From an uncultured Oscillospiraceae bacterium (lineage in GTDB: Bacteria; Bacillota; Clostridia; Oscillospirales; Oscillospiraceae), in NCBI GenBank assembly GCA_964539115.1, contig CAZIHY010000003.1:1-47203 (forward strand): a stretch of DNA of 47,203 nucleotides. The letters are read 5' to 3'. The position numbers and the translations under genes are program-made. The notes below the pieces were generated by a model. It ran no database searches and was not told the DNA's origin. It saw only the letters and a program-made list of their open reading frames with translations. Below, in pieces: positions 23,680 to 30,555 of this stretch. The first letter of the stretch is position 1; every line of letters begins with the position of its first letter.

Positions 23680-24912
23680 CTATTTTATTATCTCTCTTTC
23701 AAGTTTCAGCTCAAGTATTCTCATAACGCTTTCGTTAATGCGGGATTCCTCAATGCTTCCGTCCTTGACGGCAGCTGCGATAGCCTCGATCGCGCTTGCA
23801 GCATCCGCTGGGCCGAGAAGAATATCATTGCCTGCCTGGACGGCCATGACCGCTATCTCATCTGCCGTAAAAAACCCGGACAAAGCGCTCATTTCCAGGC
23901 CGTCGGTTATAACAACACCGTCATATCCAAGCCTCTCCCGCAAAAGTCCGATTATCACGTTAGCGGAGAGGGAGGCGGGGCGGTTTGGATCGATTGCGGT
24001 CATGGTTAAATGAGCGATCATCACCATGTCCGCTCCGGCTTCTATCCCTGATATGAACGGGAGCAGATCCTGCTCTAAAAGCTCATCTTCAGTTTTGGAA
24101 ACAGCCGCCGCTCCATAATGTGTATCGGCCCCCGCCGAACCATGTCCCGGGAAATGCTTGAGACAGCAGGCGATACCACCGTCATGAAAGCCCTCGACTG
24201 CGTAAGGGATAAGCTCTTCCGCCTGAGAAAAATCGTCACTGTATGCCCGTGTGTTTATTACTGTGTCATCAGCGTTTGTGTGTACATCAGCGACAGGGGC
24301 AAGATCAAGATTGAAGCCGAGCTCTTTCATATAGGCGGCAATAGTCTGTGCGTTGTCATGCGCTGTTTGGACGCCGTCGTCCTTATATGACAGCATGGGG
24401 CCGATCTTTTGAATATCAATAATGTTACCGGTTCTTGTGACGGTGCCGCCCTCCTCATCAGCGCATATGAAAAGTCCAATATCCGCTTTCGACTGGTATT
24501 CCGAGACGCTTGCGATGACCGCGTCTCTGGAGGGAATATCGGATTCAGAATATACCAGCCCGCCGACAGTCAGCCCGTCCAGCCAGTCAGAGGGATATAC
24601 GATCATCATCTGTGCTATTTTTTCCTCAAGAGTTAGTTCCGAAAGGATCTCTTCAGCTCTCCTGGAATAATCTGGTTCCGCTACAACAGGTTCTATCTCA
24701 GTCGGTTCCCGGGTGACTTCGGGAGACGGGGCAGCAGTCGGCGTTATGGTCTCAGGGGGCTCCGTCTGTAATTCGATGTTCGGGGTAGGGGAGGCGGCTA
24801 TATCTTCTGGATTAGCAGCATTACGTGTTTTTAGAAACGCGTAAGTCCCAGCGGACAGGAAAAACAGAACAAGCAGTATGATAAATGCGGTAATCAAAAA
24901 ACTTTTTTTCAT
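23680..24912 (-). CDS. Extracytoplasmic glycoside hydrolase family 3 (NagZ-like beta-N-acetylhexosaminidase), single catalytic domain
   Basis: Signal anchor and P/T/E-rich stalk. GH3 N-domain motifs ...ICADEEGG..., KHFPGHGSAGADTH and ...VITDGLEM... Confidence 0.75.
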   Translation of the reverse strand: MKKSFLITAFIILLVLFFLSAGTYAFLKTRNAANPEDIAASPTPNIELQTEPPETITPTAAPSPEVTREPTEIEPVVAEPDYSRRAEEILSELTLEEKIAQMMIVYPSDWLDGLTVGGLVYSESDIPSRDAVIASVSEYQSKADIGLFICADEEGGTVTRTGNIIDIQKIGPMLSYKDDGVQTAHDNAQTIAAYMKELGFNLDLAPVADVHTNADDTVINTRAYSDDFSQAEELIPYAVEGFHDGGIACCLKHFPGHGSAGADTHYGAAAVSKTEDELLEQDLLPFISGIEAGADMVMIAHLTMTAIDPNRPASLSANVIIGLLRERLGYDGVVITDGLEMSALSGFFTADEIAVMAVQAGNDILLGPADAASAIEAIAAAVKDGSIEESRINESVMRILELKLEREIIK

Positions 24913-24930
24913 CTTTTTCTCCTGGTACGT

Positions 24931-27063
24931 TCAGGGCCTCTCATAGCCGGTGTATCCGTCTCCATATTCCACTGCATATGCTGTATTATTCTTATAATAC
25001 TTAAGTTGTTCATAAGCGAATGGATCGTTCATAACATCATTGAATGTCCAGCCATATTTTTCTAGGTACCAGAGGAGTATGCAGTCCTCTATTCTCTCTC
25101 CGTCAGTACCCGATGGTTCGGTAACACACCAATATTTATCGGGCATGGATTCTCCTGTTATCCACCATGATGCAACGCCGCCGTCGACTGCTATCTCAGT
25201 GCGTCCGCCAAGCCAACAGAAGCTGCACCCCATGTCGGATACTAACTGAACTATAAGATTGAATTCATCATCAGATGTGATAGTTGCAAGGTGTCCGCCT
25301 TTATACATTGCACTGCGGTTTGCCGAGTCCCATGTGATGTCCTCACGTATCAGCTCATAGTCATGGAATGTCGCGTTAACATTCTGTATTAAGTCTGAGG
25401 GACCACCGAACATCAGCGTCCCGCTGTCTGTGAGGTAAAATTGAAGATCTTCGAACTGTACGCCGGTATTGTAATACTGTGAGTAATATGCATCCATTAC
25501 ATAACTTTCGGATAAACCGTTCTTGTTGGCATAATCCGGTGAGGTGATATATTCTCCCGTGTTTTCATCAAAGTGATACACATTAACAAATGTACTGTAA
25601 TCGGAGTGAAACGTGCTGTATGGATAGTAAGGATCATTTCTTTCTGCGTAAGTTTCGGTTATCACTATGGAACAGATCCCGTTATTCCTGATTAGTTCAT
25701 ACGTAATGACCTCAATTACCGGCGACGAGTATTCATAGATGTGTGAATAATCGGCGATTATTTGTTCGTTCAGTTTTTTAACACCGTTTGAATTTTGAAG
25801 AAACTGTGGAATACATATATCTAAATATGATTCGTCCGGCTCAAGATTATAACCGATGCCCTCCCTAAGCTGTATGAATTCGGCAGAATTCTCCTCAAGA
25901 CTATAATATGGAGATAATGTGGGTTCCGGCGTATCAGCAGGATTTATATTGGCGCCCGTATCCTCGTCTTGTGACTTGTAACTGTTGTCCTCCGAGGGGG
26001 AGGGATCGTCTTTAATTCTGGTCAGTAAGATCACGATTGCCGCTATAAGGACTATAATTGCAATGCTTGCAATTATAACTGGGATCAGCCAGAGCTTTGA
26101 CTTTGACTTTTGAGGGGCAGAACTCTCTTTCTGGCGCTCGATAGACTGAATGGGACCGCCAAGGAGGGCCCTTTTAAGTTCAGCTGCATTTAAGAATCTG
26201 TCTTCAGGATTAAACTCGCATGTTTTTAGTATTATAGCCGCAAGCTCCGGTGAAGCATACGCCGGAGCGGGAAGTGGTCGTCCGCTGAATCTGGCGGTAT
26301 TTGATGCTTCCATCATGTCCGCTGTAGCAGGCAAGGGAGGAAGCGGAACGAAGGGAGCGCGGTTTGCATTGCAAAGTCTATATAGAACAAGCCCAAGCGA
26401 GTACATGTCAGATCTCAAGCTGACATTCTGGCCGTGATTGAGCTCTGGCGCCATATAGTTGAGCGTCCCTGCCATAGTAACGCCATTTGCTGCGGAATCC
26501 ATTGTTCGCGAAACGCCAAAGTCGCCTATTTTATAATCGCCGCTGCTGCTGACAAAAATATTACTGGGCTTTATATCACGGTGAAGAATATTGTGCCTGC
26601 CCATTACTTCGAGTGCTGAGCATATATCTATACCAAGCCTGCGTACTTCATTTTCCGTTATCGCCCTTTGCTGCAGCAGCTGCGGCAAAGGCGTCAGGAG
26701 CTCCATTCGTATGAACACGTCGAAGCCCGGGCCTTCTTTGCGGGGGACTACCATATGATCCTCATATGATACAATATTTGTATGACCCTTGAGGCTGACG
26801 TTTATATCTATCTCGCGCATCAGCCGTTGAAGCATATTATCATAGTAAGCCTGCAGTGACTGTGAGTCATTTACAACTCCATCAGCAAACAGGGATTCAA
26901 CTTCCGATTGCGATGAAGGGATAGATATGTGCTTGATGGCCGAATAGTATGTTTTCTCATACTCTGTCCGTTTTGCGCGGTAAACCTTACCATAGCTGCC
27001 CTGTCCGATTATAGTGTCAATTTCCCACACTCCCCATAAAGGGGTAAAACAGCTTATATCCAT
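24931..27063 (-). CDS. Hanks-type Ser/Thr protein kinase - TM - unknown domain - C-type-lectin-like ectodomain
   Basis: GQGSYGKV, AIK, HRDIKPSN, DFG and APE motifs. TM LWLIPVIIASIAIIVLIAAIVILL. The C-terminal ~135 aa (about 24964-25368) read TWDSA...GGHLATITSDDEF...CWLGG...WWITGE...YWCVTEPSGTDGERIEDCILLW...GWTFNDV, which matches the CTLD consensus (W..A...G.LA.I.S..E..F...WIG...W.W..G...W...EP......EDC......W.D). Confidence 0.75.
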   Translation of the reverse strand: MDISCFTPLWGVWEIDTIIGQGSYGKVYRAKRTEYEKTYYSAIKHISIPSSQSEVESLFADGVVNDSQSLQAYYDNMLQRLMREIDINVSLKGHTNIVSYEDHMVVPRKEGPGFDVFIRMELLTPLPQLLQQRAITENEVRRLGIDICSALEVMGRHNILHRDIKPSNIFVSSSGDYKIGDFGVSRTMDSAANGVTMAGTLNYMAPELNHGQNVSLRSDMYSLGLVLYRLCNANRAPFVPLPPLPATADMMEASNTARFSGRPLPAPAYASPELAAIILKTCEFNPEDRFLNAAELKRALLGGPIQSIERQKESSAPQKSKSKLWLIPVIIASIAIIVLIAAIVILLTRIKDDPSPSEDNSYKSQDEDTGANINPADTPEPTLSPYYSLEENSAEFIQLREGIGYNLEPDESYLDICIPQFLQNSNGVKKLNEQIIADYSHIYEYSSPVIEVITYELIRNNGICSIVITETYAERNDPYYPYSTFHSDYSTFVNVYHFDENTGEYITSPDYANKNGLSESYVMDAYYSQYYNTGVQFEDLQFYLTDSGTLMFGGPSDLIQNVNATFHDYELIREDITWDSANRSAMYKGGHLATITSDDEFNLIVQLVSDMGCSFCWLGGRTEIAVDGGVASWWITGESMPDKYWCVTEPSGTDGERIEDCILLWYLEKYGWTFNDVMNDPFAYEQLKYYKNNTAYAVEYGDGYTGYERP
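26164..27063 (-). repeat. Kinase-domain paralog copy 2
   Basis: See copy 1. Similarity ends at the juxtamembrane region, and the ectodomains are unrelated. Confidence 0.7.
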
Positions 27064-27078
27064 TTCAGTCCCTCCCGA

Positions 27079-28041
27079 TTACATAAGGTCGAGAATAAGC
27101 GGCAAAAATACCCCAATGCCAAATGTTAGAAGAACGCACAAAGCCCACAATACTGCCGTTTTCCAAGTGTTCATCCTGGATGGCTCAGAAGAAATAACCA
27201 GATTTTCACTGATATCGATCGTGGGTTCAGACTCATAGGAATAATCGGAGACAGGATCAGCAGCCTTGACCACAACGGCCGTAACATTGTCCCTGCTTCC
27301 TCCTTTGACAGCGCAGTCGACAATCGTTGCCGCAAGGCGTTCGGCGGTCGTCCCAACAGCAAGGATATTTGCTATTTCTCGTTCGCTGAGCCCCTCAACG
27401 ACTCCATCGCTGCAAAGAAGCAAACAATCGCCGGTTCCGAATGGAAAAGCTCCGCTGCAATGTGAACTGAGCGTCATTTCGGAGGGGTCAACGCCAATAT
27501 GCTGTGTCAACTGGTGACGGCGGCTGTCCGTTGTTGCCTGCTCTGGAGTCAGGACTCCCATATTTACCAGCTGCTGCGCCACAGTGTGGTCGCGCGAAAG
27601 CTTTTGCAGCCTGCCGCCGGAGAAAAGATAGGCGGGGCTGTCTCCGAGGTTATAAACTGTGACGTTGTCCGAGGTTATAGACGCTATTGTCATCGTTGAA
27701 CCTATACGCGCCTTTTTCTCCTTTTGCATTTCACAAACGAGTGTGTTTGCACGCTCGATATACTGGGGAATAGCACGGTCTCCGGCCTTGAGTACAGCCA
27801 GCGGGTTGCTTGCCAGCAGACGCGCGAGCAGAGAAGAAGCGCTTGCACCGTATGCCTCGCCGCCCATACCGTCAAAAACAGCGGCAACTCCCTCGGTCAG
27901 ATTTCCTGAAAAGGTACTGTAATGATCAGACGCTGCAGTCGGCATGGGGGCCTGTCCCTGTATGAAAAAGTTGTCCTCATTATTTTGCCTTACCGAACCC
28001 TTATCAGAGCAGGCGGCAAAAGTATATAAGGGAGTTGACAT
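27079..28041 (-). CDS. PP2C-family Ser/Thr phosphatase with C-terminal TM anchor
   Basis: VRQNNEDNF, AAVFDGMGG, CSDGVVEG and SRDNVTAVVV motifs. Tail TM TAVLWALCVLLTFGIGVFLPLIL. Confidence 0.8.
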   Translation of the reverse strand: MSTPLYTFAACSDKGSVRQNNEDNFFIQGQAPMPTAASDHYSTFSGNLTEGVAAVFDGMGGEAYGASASSLLARLLASNPLAVLKAGDRAIPQYIERANTLVCEMQKEKKARIGSTMTIASITSDNVTVYNLGDSPAYLFSGGRLQKLSRDHTVAQQLVNMGVLTPEQATTDSRRHQLTQHIGVDPSEMTLSSHCSGAFPFGTGDCLLLCSDGVVEGLSEREIANILAVGTTAERLAATIVDCAVKGGSRDNVTAVVVKAADPVSDYSYESEPTIDISENLVISSEPSRMNTWKTAVLWALCVLLTFGIGVFLPLILDLM

Positions 28042-28057
28042 GATATCACCTCGGTTT

Positions 28058-30331
28058 TCACTTTCTGAGTGTGAGCCGCGTTGTAAAATAGCTCAGGATA
28101 TAAAATGCCGCGATACTTATGAGAAGGACACCCCACGCTGTCAGCATATGCTCCGATGTGAACTCAAATAGCGGGTCAGGCTCAAATGCCAAAAGCGGCG
28201 TATCGGCATAGCTCAACTCAAGCAGACTGTTAAGATCAGCGGAGGTCCCGTATGCCTCGACCGCCCAGCGGCAGGTCACGACAGCTGATATCTTCTCGAC
28301 AGCGCCGCTCAGTTCAAATGCGAGCCCGGAAAAAAGTATTTGAGGCATAAGAAGTATGGGGGCTACAGTCATAGCCCGGTCAGGGTTGTCGAACAGCGCT
28401 GACACAAAAAGGCCCATTCCCATCGCGGAGAGCATACAAAGATAGGTGGTTATGAAATACTCGAGAAAGGGAAGCATTATAACACCGCGGTCAGGAAGCC
28501 CGACAAGCAAAGAAAATGTGCCGCTCAGCAAAAGTGACTGAACAAGGCAGAAAATGCTCAAAACTGTGAATTTCGACAGGATATATGCCCCCAGACTCAT
28601 TGAAGATGCGTATTCCCGCTTAAGTATTACACGCTCCTTGCATATCTCCTGGATCGCATTCAGAACTCCGATCCAGAACGCAGAGCAAGCCAATGCAAAC
28701 GCCAGCGCCTTGGTTATTTTGAACTCGGCGAATTGCTCACCGTCGGCGACGAGCCATATGAGGACGGCCAAAAGGATCGCCTGAGCAAACAGCAGGGCGA
28801 GTCTTTGCCGGTCATTAGTTATAAGCCTCATATATCTTCTGCATAGGATTCCGAGCTGCGAAAAAAGCGCCTTACAGCGTTTGGTATTATTCAGCGCGGA
28901 AACGTCCGATGTATGATGCGGAGTTTTGTTTCTGCCAGTGCGGTACTGTGAAAATCTTCTGTGCCAGGTTTCAGTATCAGCGTCCAGCATTGAGTAAACG
29001 TCAACGAGACTTTCAACGCCGAAAAACGCCAACGCCTCATTTGGCGGCCCGAAAAAGCAAAGATTTCCGCCGCGCCCAAGAAAAATGATTTTATCACAAA
29101 GGTGAAGGTTAAGCGTATTGTGCGTTACAAGAATAACAGTCTTACCGTCTGAGGTCATGTTCTTGAGCGTGTGCATGAGGTTGCGCTCCGTCCCGGGATC
29201 AAGCCCGCTGGTTGGCTCGTCAAGAAAGAAGAGGCTCGGGTCGCTCAAAAGCTCAACGGCAATGCTGGCCCGCTTTTTCTGTCCGCCGGACAGGCTGCTT
29301 ATCATCGATTTTTCATGCCCGGAGAGTTCGACTGTCGCGATGACCTGTCTGACGCGATCCTCGTATTCAGTTTTGGATGTATCAGTTGGCATTCGCAGCC
29401 GCGCGGCATACATGAGCATATCCCAAAGCGTGAGTCGGTCATATACAATGTCCTGCTGCGGAACATAGCCAATGATGTTCTTCATGGCTCCGTAGTTTGC
29501 ATAAAAGTCCTCACCGTTTATGAAAACCGAGCCTGAATTTGCCTTTACGTAACCGCTGATGCAGTTCATGAAGGTTGATTTACCGGCGCCTGAGCCACCT
29601 ATGATAGCAACAAACTCACATGGATTTATTGAAAGCGAAATATGGTTGGATATTATTTTTTCTCTACCAGAGGATTTGACCTTTCTGACGATATCCACAG
29701 CATCCAAGCCTATGCCGTTTTCAGGAATAAGATATGATATTTTGCCGCCGCCAAAAACAAGCTTTGTGTTAGTTATTATAATAACGTCGTTTTCACGGAG
29801 CTTTGCCCGTCGATTTAGCATATACCCGTTTATACCGACGCCGTTTGTGCTGTTATTGTCGATTATGTACCAGCCATCTGACTCGCATACTATCCTTGCG
29901 TGGATGCGTGAAACGCCTATATGCGGTAGACATATGTTGCAATCCGTATTTCTCCCGATAGTGACGGTATTTTGTCCGGATAGGGAATAAGAGCGCCATA
30001 TCTCACGGTTATCCGACTCGCTGACAATTATAACAACGCCCATCTCGCGCGGCGACGCGGGGTCGTCTATCCTGATGGTCATGCCGTCTGAGAGTTGGAG
30101 ATTAGATATTCTCTGACCATTGAAATATAGCCCGTTTGTGCTGTTATTGTCCTGGATCGTCACAACTCCTCCGTGGATCATGAAAAAACCGTGGCAATGC
30201 GAAACATATTGTGATTTAATGATAATATCATTGTTCGCGGCAGAGCCGAAGCTGATGATGTCTTTCCCAAAACTTTCCGGAATGATGGTTTCCGCCGTTT
30301 TCCCACCGCAGATTATGCTGAGCGTCAGCAT
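28058..30331 (-). CDS. FHA-FHA-ABC transporter (NBD plus ABC-2/ABCG-type permease in one polypeptide), Rv1747-like architecture
   Basis: FHA1 is about aa 24-95 (FGS...VSHCH...STNG) and FHA2 about aa 120-195 (IGRN...VSRIHARI...STNG). Walker A GGSGAGKST, signature LSGGQKKR, Walker B LFFLDEPTSGLD. About 6 C-terminal TM helices. Confidence 0.8.
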   Translation of the reverse strand: MLTLSIICGGKTAETIIPESFGKDIISFGSAANNDIIIKSQYVSHCHGFFMIHGGVVTIQDNNSTNGLYFNGQRISNLQLSDGMTIRIDDPASPREMGVVIIVSESDNREIWRSYSLSGQNTVTIGRNTDCNICLPHIGVSRIHARIVCESDGWYIIDNNSTNGVGINGYMLNRRAKLRENDVIIITNTKLVFGGGKISYLIPENGIGLDAVDIVRKVKSSGREKIISNHISLSINPCEFVAIIGGSGAGKSTFMNCISGYVKANSGSVFINGEDFYANYGAMKNIIGYVPQQDIVYDRLTLWDMLMYAARLRMPTDTSKTEYEDRVRQVIATVELSGHEKSMISSLSGGQKKRASIAVELLSDPSLFFLDEPTSGLDPGTERNLMHTLKNMTSDGKTVILVTHNTLNLHLCDKIIFLGRGGNLCFFGPPNEALAFFGVESLVDVYSMLDADTETWHRRFSQYRTGRNKTPHHTSDVSALNNTKRCKALFSQLGILCRRYMRLITNDRQRLALLFAQAILLAVLIWLVADGEQFAEFKITKALAFALACSAFWIGVLNAIQEICKERVILKREYASSMSLGAYILSKFTVLSIFCLVQSLLLSGTFSLLVGLPDRGVIMLPFLEYFITTYLCMLSAMGMGLFVSALFDNPDRAMTVAPILLMPQILFSGLAFELSGAVEKISAVVTCRWAVEAYGTSADLNSLLELSYADTPLLAFEPDPLFEFTSEHMLTAWGVLLISIAAFYILSYFTTRLTLRK

Positions 30332-30403
30332 TTTGACTCCCCCAAAAAACCATTTTTCGCGATATATTTTTTAAGAAAACCTATTTAATGTAAATTATGA
30401 GTC

Positions 30404-30432
30404 ATTATAACATTATACGTATTAAATATCAA
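30404..30432 (-). promoter_or_regulatory. Sigma-A-type promoter of the 12-gene kinase/FHA operon
   Basis: Minus strand: TTGATA (30432-30427), 17-nt spacer, TATAAT (30409-30404). It lies about 70 nt upstream of the ATG at 30331. The -35 overlaps the 14-bp perfect palindrome ATCAATATATTGAT (30428-30441). Confidence 0.45.
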
Positions 30433-30489
30433 TATATTGATGTATTTTAGATGCATTCGATGCCTATTTGCCCATATGAACGATTTTGA

Positions 30490-30518
30490 TTGTAAAAGCC
30501 AATGAAAAGCTGTATAAT
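30490..30518 (+). promoter_or_regulatory. Sigma-A-type promoter of uvrA
   Basis: TTGTAA (30490-30495), 17-nt spacer ending in TG, then TATAAT (30513-30518). Confidence 0.45.
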
Positions 30519-30555
30519 AAAACATACAAAGCATATAACATGAGGATTTTTCACC

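Noticed and set aside
30478-30491. GAACGATTTTGATT upstream of uvrA, considered as a LexA (Cheo-type GAAC-N4-GTTC) SOS box
   Set aside because: Only the first half-site matches. The second half reads TTGA rather than GTTC, so this is not a supportable SOS box.
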